DNA of 64,000 bases from Psammoneis japonica (taxonomy: Eukaryota), in assembly GCA_008632985.1 (NCBI GenBank), contig QPGO01000022.1, positions 1 to 64,000 of the forward strand, given 5' to 3'. The notes under the pieces are model-generated. The model did no database searches. It was not told the DNA's origin and saw nothing but the letters and a program-made list of their open reading frames with translations. Shown here piece after piece: positions 13,234 to 26,871 of the stretch (the stretch's first letter is position 1; each line of letters starts with the position of its first letter). The position numbers were made by a program, and so were the translations under genes.

Positions 13234-14743
13234 CAGACGAAGAAAGTGTCTGTGCGTTGATACAGATTGGAAAGGGGCCGGTCTGGGTGTGCATGCTTTC
13301 ATTGTGATTTGTTGCGATGTCAAATTATGTTTCCTGATGTGTTCTGAGTTTCGTGATTTGGCTTCAATCATTCCATTCCCTTGTGTCGTGTAACTCTTTT
13401 AATATTGTTAACTTGTCTTCAGTTTTTTAATGACAGCGCTCTGCAGCGAAACAAGGAGGTGGCGATGGTATCATCCTACTGCGGATGTACGAGGCGAGAC
13501 TCTTGTAAGTTCTCTCACGCTGAATCTTTCGTACGTACATTATACTCTAGAGTGTGCCGTGACACGTGCTCATTTTTAGATTACGACATATCTGCATGAG
13601 AATGCAAAACCTCCCATCACCTGTGGTGGACAAGCAGTTGGTGCATTATCTCGATTGAACAGAATCGTAGAGCAGTTTCACTCTCCAATTGCAACTGTTT
13701 CGACAAGAGGTCTGAATTTGCTTAGGCTTTTACTCGTGGCCGCAAGGCCTTCTCGGTGTTTTTCTTTGAAAGCTGAGTAAAATGACTCACTGGCTTCGTT
13801 CAACACTGTTTCCAAGCGGGATACCCATACCTGTTACGGTAGTTTTGTCGACTTGAGCGAGTCTCCACTACATCGGGCCACCGAGCTCCGTCGGACGAAT
13901 GAAAACGACGACATGACAATTTCATTGCTCGTGAAGGCTTCAGCGATAAACACGTGCAGATGCATGCTCATGTAACGAGGAAATCAGCTACCGTCATCCA
14001 CCTAAAGTGGGGAGGCGGTCATTCCTCCACCTCACGTAGTCGTCTCCAGACGAATGGCATTTGGCGTCGTCGTCACCAGTTCCAACTCTAACGTCACATC
14101 ATCGTGAGCCCTGTTGATGCCTCGCGGACAGAACAAAAGTAATTTTTGCTTTTACGATTCGTCCAGTGATGACAATCCACCTTTGGAATGCATCTTCACT
14201 AGTTGATTGATTGCTGAAAGCTGCGTGGACTGTGGTTAGAGTGTCACTGTGTGGTTGCCAGGCCTTCTACACACATGCCAGCTACGGCTTCGCGATCGCT
14301 GCGTATCAATTCGATTGATCAGTAAATCGCTTTCAGAGTGATTTCAGAGCTGGGGTGAGCTTGAAAGGTGGAACAAACTTGTTGAACAAACCGTCATCAT
14401 CATTGGCGGCAACTTGCATTTGAGGACAAGTTAGTGGGAAGGGTCAGAATCCAGAATCCGGGCCTGTCCCTCGCGCGCACGGTTTTGGCGCAATGACCGT
14501 GACGTCATTTTACTGGAACGTGCGCATAGAAAGAGTCGTATGTAGAAAACTACTGTGAAATGTTACCAGACAAACAGCCAACGAAAATGGCGGGAAGCGT
14601 GCAACGCCACCGTCATCACGCGTTGGGATGGGAAGCAACAACGAGAATCCAAAAAATCTTACAAAAGCATCGTCACTCATCCTCCGATGACATAGGAAGG
14701 CGAAGAAGCAAGAGTGCAAAGACTCCATTCCGTTCCTGCAACC

Positions 14744-15765
14744 ATGTTCTCTGTTTCATCTTCGGTACTAGCGACGTCCTCAGGAGCAGTGCAGCCCTCC
14801 TCCCCACCGCCCCTTCCTCGTGCGGTCGTGTTCGCGACGTCGGGTTTGGGGGGGTGCTTAGGCTGGATGATTGTGCACCCGGCCAACACGCTTGCTGTTC
14901 GCTGGAACTTAGCAAGCATGCAAGGAAAGAAGTTCAATTTTAAGGCAATGATTAAGGAATCTGGGTGGATGTCTGTCTACGACGGGTTGGCTGCCGGAGT
15001 TTGGAGACAGGTCTTTTATGCTTCCACTCGTTTCGGTCTGTTTGAGACACTTCGTGACAAGCTGCACGATATCCGCGGGAAGACAGACTTTGCATCGCGG
15101 TGAGTTTTGTCGCTACGGTGCATGTTCGTCTCTCTTATTTCTTATTCACATGATGCTTTTGTATGATTACTCGCAGTGTCGCAGTAGGAGCTGTCACGGG
15201 TGGAATAGCAGCGTACATCTCTTGTCCCATGGAGGTCGCCGTTGTGCGCATGTCCAATGATTCGTCGTTGCCGCCCGCCGAACGGCGCAACTACAAAGGA
15301 GTCTTTGACACAGCAACACGTATAGCCAAAGAGGAGGGAATTGCTGCATTCTGGAGAGGATCGGGTCCTTTTGTTCAACGTGCCATGATGGTGGGAGTTT
15401 TTCAAGTCGCTACGCTCGATCAATTCAAGGTGATGTATGCGAACTTCCTCGGGCAGAAGAAAAACTCAATACCCAACGTATTTTGTGCTGCCATGACCAG
15501 CGGATTGCTATACTCGATTGCAACAATGCCATTGGAGGCAAGTAAGAATCGGATGGCTTTTCAAAAGGCAGACCCTGCGACAGGGAAGTTGCCATATACT
15601 TCCACGCTTCAAACCATTCGCAAAGTGTCTGCTCAGGAAGGCTTCTTAGCTTTGTACAACGGATTCCTGCCGTATTACATTCGTTGCGGCGGCCACACCG
15701 TCTCTATGTTTATTATTGTGCAACTTCTCCGTGATGTCTATGCGAAACAAATGAATTTGAAGTAA
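14744..15765 (+). CDS. Mitochondrial carrier (SLC25), 2-oxoglutarate/malate or dicarboxylate carrier-like; intron 15100-15176
   Basis: Px[DE]xxK/R repeats 'PMEVAVVRM' and 'PLEASKNRM', plus 'LPPAERRNYKGVFD' and 'GVWRQVFYASTRFGLF'. Confidence 0.9.
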
Positions 15766-15888
15766 TATATGTTGGAGAACTCGGTGGACGATTTTGTGTT
15801 GATAGCTGTTTCCCCTAAAATAGAAATCCTCAAAGAGTTACTGTCTCCCTTGACCTGTGCGACGACTATTGTTAGCCAGGGGATCTCG

Positions 15889-17696
15889 CTAGGAACCTCC
15901 TGCTGCCTTCTCCACAGCAACCGCGCGGGCAGCAATCTCGCTCCTTTGAAGCTCTTGGAGAGTGCGAGCTTCCTTCTCCTGCATCTCGATCTTTCGATTG
16001 TGCTCCTCTTCAGCTCGTACGGCCTCTCGCTCCTTCGCTTCAAGGTCCACCTCGTTCATTAGGATTTCAGAACCATCTCGAACACCGTAGTACGCCAGCG
16101 TATTATCATCGTTGTCTAATTCAGTAGGAAAAGGATCATCATTGGTTCGAAAGTGAAGAATCTGGAGGTCAATATCTAGTCCAAAGGCGCGAGAGCACAT
16201 GAGCTTCAACCTTCCCACTGCTAACCCTCCTGGAAGTCGCTTCTGTAGAGGGGCCATGTTGCAACTCGATGCGGCCATGGAACGTATAGTTACATTAAGC
16301 GCAAGCTGCGCCGAATCCCCAGTGCCAGCTGAGGCGCGAGATGACGCTGCCATGGAGTCCTTGTGCTTTACCGTGAGCGGAACAAAGCAAGGGTTGTCGC
16401 GGAGAAGCTTCTCCTTCAAATCGTCGGCGTTCCCTTGTTGATTGCAAGCCGAAATCATTAGCAAATCTCGTGCGACGTTAGAGACGTATCTCCGTTCAGC
16501 TTCGACACGTTCCTGAGATGAAATAATGGAAGCATTGAGGCAGTTTAGCGTTGGAAGTCGGGCAATCGTAATGGATCGTGCCTCCCCGGCACCCATGGTT
16601 GAGGTAAGCGGAGTGTTTCGCAACCGAAGTGAAGCTAGCGACGGAAGAGAATTCAAGCCGTCAAGATCGGTCCATTTGGATATTTTCGTTCCAGCAAGCT
16701 GCAAGGACTGAAGCGATGCAAAAGAAACACCTGAAGGATCTTGCATCGGTATATAAGAAATTGCGTTGTCGTCAAGACTGAGATGCTGCAAGTGTGGGAG
16801 TCTCCGAAACACATTTACTTGTTGCTTCCAGGACGTAAACCCACAACTAGAGCAGTCAAGAAAGCGCAGCTTGTCAAACCCACACAATTCTGATTCGGCA
16901 CCAATGTCTGAAAAATCGCTGTAGGCCAGACAGAGCTCCTCGAGATTTTGCGCCATCTTCGCAATTCTTCGCACGGTTTTGAAGGATCTCAAGGAACAAT
17001 CGTTGAGATTGAGAACTCTGATACTCTCCATAACGTCTACAGTGTCCTCGCACAGCCCATCAGGAATATCTTGCAAGCGATTGGACGCCAAGCTCAAGTT
17101 CTCCAACATTGGGAACTGCCGCATGATTTGAAATACAGTGTCCCAACTTCCAATCAAGTTTCCTCCAAGGTCCATTTCCCGCAAATGGGCAAACTCGCTC
17201 AACGAGGAAGAATCAGAGAGAGCTCTGGCTATACCCATACTTCGGAGCGATATTTTATCAAGATCTGGAAGTTGTTGTCGAGCTCGAATCTGTAGTTCTC
17301 CGACAAATTCGATTGGCTTATCTCGCCCGGCGGCTGTCCTTGCCGTGTGCGGGAGGATGTTGTTCGGCGCCACGACGGGGGCGTCTTGATCTACGTATCT
17401 CTTCCTCAGTAATTCTTCATCAAGCGTGACACCAGTGTCTAGTTTGGATAGACGCAGAAATGAACCCGCTTGCTTCGAGCAAGAAAGTGCCGGACGAGTT
17501 GATTCGTACGCCTGCATATGACACTGCCGTCGTGCTTTCCACGTGAGGCGTCATCCCAAACAATACCGGCGTAGACTTCGTTTGGATCCTTGGCGCTTGC
17601 TACTGGGCCCACATATACTACAGTCCCAACAAATCCATCACTGTCCCTTATGCGAGACGTTCCCGGCTTGAGCAACGCAACGTTATCGCTTGTCAT
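15889..17696 (-). CDS. TBCE: Tubulin-specific chaperone E (CAP-Gly + LRR + ubiquitin-like); frameshift near 17490
   Basis: CAP-Gly 'GTVVYVGPV...GIVWDDASRGKHDGS', multiple LxxLxLxxN repeats, and C-terminal UBL 'LDNDDNTLAYYGVRDGSEI'. Confidence 0.92.
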
Positions 17697-17988
17697 TGCC
17701 GTGTTGACTTCTTGAGTTGTAGAGTGCTGTCTGTGTCGGTTGTCGTTGTCGGTTGTCGCGGCGCGACGGACAGCCACAGTAAACCCGGAAATGAACGCGC
17801 GACTTCTGCGCAGAAACGTACGTCAGTCGCCGCGATCTTTGTGCCTCCAAATCTTTCTTGATGGCTGATGGTTGATGGACGGCGGCGGTGAGTCTGGAGT
17901 TGTTTGTTGGGCAAAGCGGTTGTGTGATCTGTGTTGGATGCATGACAAAAGCAAGGCTGCTTGTACGAAGAAAAGCTACAATATTATT

Positions 17989-18593
17989 ATGAACAGCCCA
18001 AAAATAATTGTCGCAGTGTTCTTAATGATGGCGGCGGCTTCGCGGGCCTTTGCCCCGCTCGCGTCAGGTCCGCAAATGATTGTGAGCTCGTCCAGCCAAC
18101 GATTCATGGCTCAGGAAGGAACAGAAGACCCAAAGGAAATGGTAGCTCGCCGTATAATTGTCAAGGGAGATGTGCAGGGAGGATACTATCGCTCTTGTGT
18201 CCTCAACGAGGTAGGTAGCTGCAATTGAGGCGTCCTTGGCAAGACTCCATGCTCATCGTTTTCTGGGTCTCTGCAACAGGCTGGACGATTCAGGAGACTC
18301 ATCGGAACGATGAGCCCTCCAGATGATTCTGACACGGCAGAAATTTATGTTGAGGTAGGTTAGAGCAGTTGACTTATTATTTGGGCATTAAATGTTAAGA
18401 TGTGTGGTTCTTTCATCTTATCCTTTATGGTGTTACTCACGACGCTGCGAAGGGGGAGAGGAAAATGGTAGATGGTTTCTTGCGTTGGTGTAAAAGAGGA
18501 AATGTAGGGCTTAGTCAGGTGATATCCGTTACAGAAGTATTCGACGAGGAGCCAACGGGTTTGTATGATGGATTCTATGTTAAGACGAAATGA
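17989..18593 (+). CDS. Acylphosphatase-like protein with bipartite plastid presequence; introns 18211-18279 and 18355-18452
   Basis: Signal peptide ending 'ASRAFAP' (ASAFAP motif), 'IIVKGDVQGGYYR' and 'AEIYVEGERKMVDGFLRWCKRG'; both introns splice in frame. Confidence 0.85.
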
Positions 18594-18746
18594 AATGGAA
18601 CGGAGCCGTGGCAAAAGGCATAATATTGGAGCTACAATCTGGAGAGGATGAATTACTCTTTGGTACTACTTAGGTTGGCGTTGAAACGACAGTCTTTCTT
18701 GCATTGGTCAGTTCTGGACTAGATTAGCAGCCAACTTACCCGAAGG

Positions 18747-20906
18747 TCAATAACCGTACAAACGAAACAGCGGATCGACTGACATGTCCCTGCCTCGGAA
18801 CTTGCGAAACCCTTTCGTGCTGTTTAAACTCGCACCTGGTTCAAGGAAAGTTTCCCGAAACAGTCGTCCAAGTCGCCTGATTTCCTCCTCATTGGCGATA
18901 CCAGCATCAACAAAAACGCCAAAGAGGTCGGCGCTCATGACTTCAGACCACATGTATCGGTAGGTCGTTACTTGTTCGCCGCGCACGCTATCCTCAAACA
19001 CTTCCAATAGAGGCCATATGTCACTCTTGTGTAATGGATCGTGTGCTCGATAGGTTTCTGCAATTCTCTTAGCACTGACACCACAGACTCATCCTCCAAG
19101 TTGGAAAATATTTCGAACTCTAACTCGGACAGTAAAACGCGATGCATGATTTCGTGCGCTTTGTCATGTGTTCGTTGCTGCATGACCATATCGATCGTTT
19201 CCTTGGGAATGGCCTCGTCTGCCTGAGAAAGCTGCGCTAGACTTTGAAGAACAGATTCTTGATATAACCAATGCTCCATAAACTGAAAGACAGAGATGCA
19301 CAAAATAATGAAATAAGACACCACACTCAGAAGCCTAGTGGGGGATTCCATAGATTCCTGATCTCTTGACTCACCTGGGGCAAAACTTCCGTTACGTCTA
19401 ACTCAAGATTCTGGGCACCAAATACACCCCCTACCTTTTCCTGGCAAAGCAAGTACGAAAGCGCATGGCCAAACTCATGGAAAATAGACCGTGCGTCGTC
19501 GAGAGTTACCGCCGTCGGCAAGTGCGACCAAACAGGCGGTCGAATGTCAATCGAGATACACACCACGGGAAAAACTGAGCTCCCGCATTTGTTCAAAACT
19601 GGACTAACGAAGACTTGGTCAGTTTTCATTTGTCGACGGTATGGATCAAGATAGAAGGAACCAAGGTACCGGTCACTATCTTCGTCGTAAACATGAAAAA
19701 GCCTGACGTCGGGATGCCATCCTTTGACTCTCGCCGCGTCAGTTTCTTCGTGTATAGTGACGCCAAACAAGGCTCTAGACAACCCAAATACACCTCCTAA
19801 TACACCATCCAATGTCAGATACGAGATGAGGTTTGCTTCCTCCCCGATGTTAACAGGAGCTTCAGAAGATACGACTGGCATCACTCTTGGTACCAACTCC
19901 TTGTGTATTGCTCTGACGTCATCCACGCTAGAAGCCATTCTAGACCTTGATTGAAATGTCATGTCTACGTAGTTTTCAAAACCAAGGATGTTTGCTTCTC
20001 TGGATCGCAAAGAAAGAATGGAGTAGATGTCTTCGAGCTTTTCTCGCGTGCCGGTTCTCTTTTGATTCAAGCCGTCCGGTTTCCTCGCGAACTTTCCTTC
20101 CGTCTCCGCCAAAGATATTCGGATGTTTTCAAGCTCTACCATCTCGTTTTCCTCCAAGTTTAAACTTTCTTTTCGTGTTCGCTCAAAAGAAATTGCACTG
20201 CCCAAAGATGGCGGCGATCGCTTTCATGTTTGTGTTGCTTTTGAAGGAGATTGGACTCAATGCCTCGGAGGGCTTCCATTATCACCCTAGAAGTTTTGTG
20301 ATGGGGTTTGAGTTGTCGCGAAGCTGCTTCTAATGCATTTTGCAAGGTGGGATCTTGCTTAACATGATGCAGGAGAAAATGAATTTGACTTGAGGCACGA
20401 ATAGGAGCTTCGATCCGATCCAACTCTGGAATAACATCCGAATACTCTTCAAGCTCTGACGATTCCAATGTTTTTTCGAATTCCAACAACGCCGACTCAT
20501 ATGTTTCCTGAACCTGGCGCGCTGCTGGTTCAAAATGATAGGGTTTCATTGCAGAGAAATCTGGTAAGTCAGTAATCGGCTTTCTTCCGTTGTAAGCTGC
20601 TTTGTGCATATCTTCCATTGCCATAGGTTCAACAGTCTCTTGACGTAACGAAAAAGTAACAGGATTCGGTCGTTGGAGAAATACATCACGAATCCTCTGC
20701 AATGTAGAAAACGATCTCTGCGGCTGTTTTGGAAGCAACACCAAAGCTTGGTGCAGTGGGCTCGATCGACGCATTGCAAGTGGTATATTCCTAATCCTCT
20801 GCCCTCTTGGAAATAGCGATATCTGCACTGAAGGTTGTCGGTGGCCCGATGCTGAAACGGATGCCAGTGACTTTCCGCCACGTTGAGCCACGAAGCGAGA
20901 ACTCAT
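18747..20906 (-). CDS. Peptidase M3 (oligopeptidase A-like), probably organelle-targeted; intron near 19285-19372; frameshifts
   Basis: 'WHPDVRLF', 'FYLDPYRR', zinc motif 'FHEFGHAL' and C-terminal 'FRKFRGRD'; Arg/Ser-rich N-terminus. Confidence 0.88.
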
Positions 20907-21386
20907 GATAAGCAGGAATATGAAGTACTACCGTATTCCATCGGGATGCTATTGAAAATGAGCAAAACGGGAGAACGGGCGGAGAAGCGGCCTCTGCGTT
21001 GGTCAGGTCGGTCGCGGATCGTGCACCGTGCAGTGGTGGCTGCAAGCTGCAACCGCGTGCACCATGATGGACATAGATTCTTCCCCTCGTAGAAACTTAC
21101 GTTACGCCAGTACCAAATAATTGGATGACAGCAAGACAAAAAAGCGCGGGAAAGTTCGCCCGCGTTGTCAGTCGCATGACAACGACGGACAACGGACGAA
21201 AGGCGACGGGGTTGAAAGTCGAGAATACTGTAAATAGAACATGAAACGTGAACCCGGCAATGAAGCGCTGTGGATGTGAAGCTTGATCGTAAATCGCTAA
21301 TAAATATAGAGTCCCAAGAAAAAAAGAATTGGTCGCATCCTTGCAGACTCGAAAAGTGTATCAGCATACGATTATAAGGCAACAAC

Positions 21387-22543
21387 ATGTCAAAGAAGAG
21401 TCAAGTGGAGCCTTCCTTTGGCGACCCATATGAAATTCTGGGTGTCGAACCGGATGCAAGCGACGCCGATATCTCCAAAGCTTACAAAAAGCTCGCCTTG
21501 AAACTACATCCCGACAAACAGCAGGGACTATCTACCAAAGAAGCTGAACGCGTGAGCAAACTATTTCATGATGTGAAAGAAGCTCGGGCCTTTCTGCTTG
21601 AACCAGAACATGCAGAGGACAGAAGAAAATACGATGTCAAGCGGGCGTCAGAGCGATTGCGACGAGCGGAAGATGCTCGCCGAGAAGCACGTATGAGTGA
21701 GCAACGCAAAGCAATGCGAGAAAAATTAGCCAAGCAGGAAGAAAATTTAAAACGCAAAGGACAAAAGACGGAGGGATCAGAGAAGGATTTGCTTGAACGG
21801 TTGAGAAGGGAGGGGTTGGCCAAAAGGCAAAGCCATGCTGAACGTGCAGCTTGTTCGGCTGCAACACGAGAGGCACACCATCGGCGCTCTAAGACCATGG
21901 AACTAGAAGCACGTCAAATTCGTCTCAAATGGAGCCGGCGCCGGATGAAGACTAGCCCATCTGAGCATTCTATATCGTCGATATTGGCGAGATTTGGAGA
22001 TGTTGAGTCTGTTGAATTCATCGGCGGAAAAGGAAACGAAGCTCTCATCACCTTTGGCAACAGCGCGAGTTGCCGCCCCTGTGTTGAATTCTACGAGAAA
22101 AGTGATGAAATGCGAGCTAAGTTTGTCGGCGCGAGAAAACAGGAAGAAGATGAACTGCGAAGAAATGGAGAAAGGCCGCCTTCACCACCCAAAACGAGGA
22201 GAGGTCGAGATAAAGAAAATTTGTTGGATCGAAAGCTGCGACAAGCTGCTGAGCGGGAAATGCTTCTCCGTCAAATGGAAATGGAGGAACAAGGAGACAT
22301 GAGCTCCACTCACAACTGCCCACCGATTCGTCAGCCTTCAGCGAAGCAGATAAATGCCACGCTGCGTGAGAGGGAAACCAAATTCCCCCTAAGTTTCCGG
22401 ATACAGAGCACGAAATATTCTCACCATTAGAACAGCTGCAAAAGTTTGAGACTCTAATTCTCCGAGATTTGGTTCCTCCTGATGCCTTGAAACGGGCACA
22501 GCAATCAGCATTGTCGAGCAAAGTCTCTAACGAGCCAAACTAA
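21387..22543 (+). CDS. DNAJC17/Cwf23-like J-domain protein with RRM-like region
   Basis: 'DPYEILGV...AYKKLALKLHPDK' J-domain, a coiled coil, then 'IRLKW...LARFGDVESV' RRM-like segment; apparent frameshift near the 3' end. Confidence 0.8.
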
Positions 22544-22714
22544 TGATTAATTTCGTTCGAATTGGTGACTCACTACTATAATTGGTCAGAGAGCAGCTGC
22601 TACACAAGAAAGTGATAACGGCGTGCGTACACGGCGTGCGTACTCGGCTCACGCTAAAAAGAGCGACGCTACAGTACGACGTAGGTACTACGACCCAAAA
22701 TTTTGTCTTAAAAA

Positions 22715-23500
22715 CTACATGTCTATCATATCCTTTAGTGCATGCCGTGTCAAGTCATCTTCTGCGTGTACAAAATGAAGTCTAGGAGGGAAATAATGGC
22801 GAAGTCTCGTGTGAACTAACAACTGTAGTTTTCCGCCCCTCTTGACAAGAATGCTTTGCATACGCCGTGAAATTTGGTCCGCAACAGCGTCCGGTAGTCC
22901 AATAAGCCCGTATGGCAATGCCCAGAAAACACGAGCCTGCCTTAAGTCTCGACTGACTTCGACGTCCAATATCACGATGGGTTCTCCTTTTATGCAGAAC
23001 GTTTTGTCGCGTTGTGAAAACTGATCTAGTACTTCAGTGAGATGTTCAAAAATTCGGCGGCCCTCAGAGATTTGCTTGGGTGACGGCGAGTCATCAACTT
23101 CAGAAATAAGAGGCTTTCTAGTCTTTGCGGCAACTTCCTGTGTTGAGGTTTCGAGTTGAGAGATTCCGGCTTTCTTCACCCGTTCAAGAGCATCATTTCT
23201 AGGAAGTGAATGAACTTGCGTAGAATCTCCTCCACTCAAACTTCGAGCGGACGTTGCGACGGTGGCTATGGGCAATCTAAAAATCTCAACCTACGTCTCA
23301 CGACACTCTTTGTGATAATGTGGAGAACTGACATGGCTGTACAATCTTCAGTAGTTCTACGCTGCCTTACTCTCTTCTGAGTTAGAGCAGACCTCAGTAA
23401 CAGGGTTAACAGCGCCTTCAATTCGGTGTTCGGTGGCTGTCTTGTCTTTGCTCACTGGACTGTCGCGGCGCGCGCCAAGCAGCAGGCAGCGAGCGATCAT
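22715..23500 (-). CDS. Ribosome-binding factor A (RbfA)-like protein, organellar; 5' structure uncertain
   Basis: 'ILDVEVSRDLRQARVFW' and 'LRHYFPPRLHFV' match RbfA motifs (V.vS.DL..A.V; P.L.F). Confidence 0.75.
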
Positions 23501-23540
23501 CCATGATGCTCAGCATCACGCGCTCTCTACTCTACTAGCT

Positions 23541-23582
23541 GCTAGCTAGAGAGAGCTAGCTAGAGAGAGCTAGCTAGAGAGA
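23541..23582. repeat. Tandem repeat (GCTAGCTAGAGAGA)x3 at the gene/repeat compartment boundary
   Basis: Three exact 14-bp copies read directly from the sequence. Confidence 0.95.
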
Positions 23583-24549
23583 CTGCTCCTCTCTCCGACA
23601 AAGTTGATGTCTGACGTTTTCATCATGTTTGGAGTGGACATGGCTCCACTGGCACCATCAATGCCTTCTCCCAAACCCAAAGCTGGGCGGCAGCAGGGCA
23701 AGGGGGGGCGGGAGGGAGCAACAAGCCATGCCACTGCACCGTGCTGCAGGGCTGCTGTGTGCCCCGTCTGTGTTGAGCCTGGAGTGAGAACAAACCATGG
23801 AGAAAACAGAGCACAAACAAAACAGGTCAGATCCACAGCATGTTCAATGTGTGTGTGTGGGTTACCCAACCAGCAACAAGCCACCTCAAACAAGCTCAGT
23901 GCTGGTGCTCTGTGCTGAGAACAGTGGTGGTTGCGCCGCCGCAAAAGGGGGCCTGACAAGGAGACAGGCAGAGTCAACCACAATGATCCAGGGTCCTGTC
24001 ATGTGCCACTCTCTGGCAATGTGGACCCTTTGCACATTGTTCTTGCTTCTCCTGGAGCAGGGGTGATGGCTTTGCCATGCACACCTCTGGTGATGCGCTG
24101 CGCGCAAACAGCCCAGCACACATGAGGCAAGCTGAGTGCCGCTTCAGCGCTGCCTTGAGATCACATGCAAAGAGTGGCTGCTCTCCTTGTGCAACTCTGA
24201 GCATTTCATGCATGGGCACAAAACATTGCCACTGGGCCAGAAAAACACCTGCTCATGTGGCTGTGCAGGCCCAGGTTGATGCCCCAACGGCACTTGACAT
24301 CACAGCGGCAGGATTTGTTGCTGAGACAAACCAGAGCTCTGCACATGCACAAACATTGCAACCTGAAAGCACCTCTTCCCTGGGAGGATGACACTGCCTC
24401 AGAAGCACCACTCAAGTGGTTTCAAGCAAAAGCCCATAGAAACATGAGCTCAGGCCCCCCAGAGCTGTGTTGCAAAAGAAGAGCTGCCACCCAAATGAGC
24501 AGCAACTTGAGAGATTTTCAACCCATGGCTGGTTGGAGTTGAGGGTCAC

Positions 24550-24880
24550 TTGAACAAACTCACCAAAGTTGACAAATCCACCAAAGTTTGCAAAGTTGCC
24601 AAAGCTGGCAAAGTCACCAAAAGCTGAGACAAAATTTGCAAAATGGTCAAAGTCTCCAAAGTTGACAAAGTCACCAAAGCAACCAAAGTTGACAAAGTCA
24701 TTGAAGTCAACAACAATCATTGTGCCAAACTTGCCAAAAATGACAAAGTTCTTGCCAAAGCTGACAAAGTTGCAGAAGAAGTCCACAAATTTAAATTTGA
24801 CAAAATCAACAAACTCACCCTCAAAGTGATGAAATTGCCCAAGTTGACAAAGTTGGCAAGCTTGCCAAAGTTGACAAAAC
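24550..24880. repeat. Degenerate 9-bp minisatellite (CCAAAGTTG / ACAAAGTCA-type units)
   Basis: Visible 9-nt periodicity, which produces spurious (PKL/TKS)n ORFs. Confidence 0.85.
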
Positions 24881-24926
24881 ACCCACATCCACTGTCTAAC
24901 AACCAGCTTGCAGATTTGCTGAAGCA

Positions 24927-26870
24927 CAAAAAAAAAACAAATCTGCTTTTTAAGTGCCATCACTCCATTGTCAGCTGTGCCGATGCCGGCCAACCCACAC
25001 TTCTGGCACACTGAGCCAGTGCGGCAGAAGGAAAAAAGGGACTGGCCAGCTGGGGCATCACCAGACAGTGATGCCCTTCCAAAATAACTGGCAATGGAAT
25101 GTGTGCCACAAAGCGCAAGGTGCTTTGCTTCTTTGATGCTGGCTTCAAGGCTGGGCTTGATCATTGACACCCAGTTCATAATCTGTGACGTGCCGTGTGA
25201 CATGTGACCCTCCAACAAATCCATGAGATCTGCTCCATCCTTTGCAAGATGTTCTTGCCTCTTGTCACAAACAGCAGTGAGTTCTGCTTCTGCTGTGCAT
25301 TGTTGTGAAGATGTGTGTGAATCCAAATCATGTCTGTGAACTTGTTTGTTGTGTCTTTCCCACAGCTCCCACCACGACCACCATGCATGTGATCCGATTT
25401 GAACTGCCCACACTGGGGGAGGTTGATTTTCTTTACAACATTGCTCAGGCAAGCCTGACTCCCGTAAATGAATCTCTTGAAACGTGTTCCATGGGGAGGA
25501 ATGCCGGCCGTTAAAAATCTGTCGCCATCCAATGCTGGTCTGGGCCTGCCATGACAACCAGAGCATGGGGGGAGCGTCTGCAGCCCACATCATCTTGTCA
25601 TGGAACCACTTCTCTAAAGACAAAAGGAGGAGATCCCGAAGAGGAGGCATTGTGTCAATCTCATCACAGCACTTCCGCAAACCTTGGAGAAAGGTGCGTC
25701 TCCAGTCCTTGTGGTTGGGACATCATAGAATGTGATCTAGATCCTCCATTGGACTCTTGCAAGATCAGCAATGGTGAGGACAGACATGGTCACACCTGTG
25801 GGTTGTCTTGTTGGCAGGTGACAGCTCGTAAATCAACTTGACCGTAGATGCGTGCTGTTTGAAAAACCATTTGACAAGAGCCGCATGTGCGTCCCAATCC
25901 ATCTGTGACGTGACGGCATCGTCCCATTGGTTTCTCTCTTGCATGTGCAGCATGAGAGCGGGTGCCGTCGTTGCACACTGGACCAAGGATTTGAGACCAG
26001 CTGTCACTGCACCATCTGAAAGAGAAAAGTGAGCTTGGCAGTGTGGGAAAGGCAGGACAGCAGTGGTGTCCTCCAAGATCTGTTGTTGATGCTGGCCAGC
26101 CAACTCATCTGCACAGACATTTACTTTGACATTCAAAGGCAACAATTTGATGGAATCATGACAGTCTTGATGGCCTTTAACCCATTTAACTGGAGGCACT
26201 TGAATGGCAGAGGAGGAGTCCAACATCTCTGCAATTTCCGCAGAAGTCTGTGGCATCTCATTTGCCACGTCCCAGTCCAATGATGACACATTGGCACCAT
26301 GATGATGCATGATGTAGTCCTTGTCTTGATTGTCATGGGTGATGGGGTCTGTGGATGGACAGGAAGAATGCAGTCTCTGCAGAACCTTAACCAAGGCTTT
26401 GTTGTCACACCAATTGTCCATGCCTTGACAATGGGACACTTTGCTGTGCTCAAAGAAATGAAACAGAAACCACAGAATCGACAGAACACCGCATGCCTCT
26501 GAACAGCAAGATGAAGGTGACCTGCCAAACACAGGGCCCGCACAGTCAACCAGCGGAGCACCCTGGATTGTTGTGGTCCATCCAAAGGCAGCCTGCTGGT
26601 GGAGAACTGAGCTGTCACTGCTGGCAGTGAGATGATCAGTCAGCAATGAATCAATCAGAGAGTTGATGGGCACATGAAAAATCATGTCTCTAAATGGAGC
26701 TGCTTCCCACCTGGGCAGTGCTGGAGATGGTCCAGGAAAAAATCTGGGAGAGGGAGTGGCATTTCAAGGGCAAGTCCCACGCAATGCGGTGTAAATTGCC
26801 AGTGGCCCTGATGTGAAGTGCACATTTTGATGGGGAATGATTCATCAGACGGCAATGGAACAGTCTCTAA
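24927..26870 (-). mobile_element. 3' fragment of an Ambal-like non-LTR retrotransposon (RNase H region, C-terminus and 3' end), hypermutated
   Basis: 'AAFGW...CAGPVFG', 'WCDNKALV', 'KWVKGHQD' and 'NVCADELA'; collinear with about 48120-50055; both copies end GCACTTAAAAA followed by a T-run. Confidence 0.85.
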
Positions 26871-26871
26871 G

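Noticed and set aside
13300..14700. 1.4 kb ORF-poor interval as an ncRNA
   Set aside because: No recognisable RNA structure or motif; probably upstream regulatory DNA.
3273..21387. Repeated head-to-head gene pairs as a functional cluster
   Set aside because: The genes have unrelated functions, and divergent pairs are ordinary in compact genomes.
24569..24829. (PKL/TKS)n repeat protein
   Set aside because: Translation of a 9-bp minisatellite with no evidence of gene structure.
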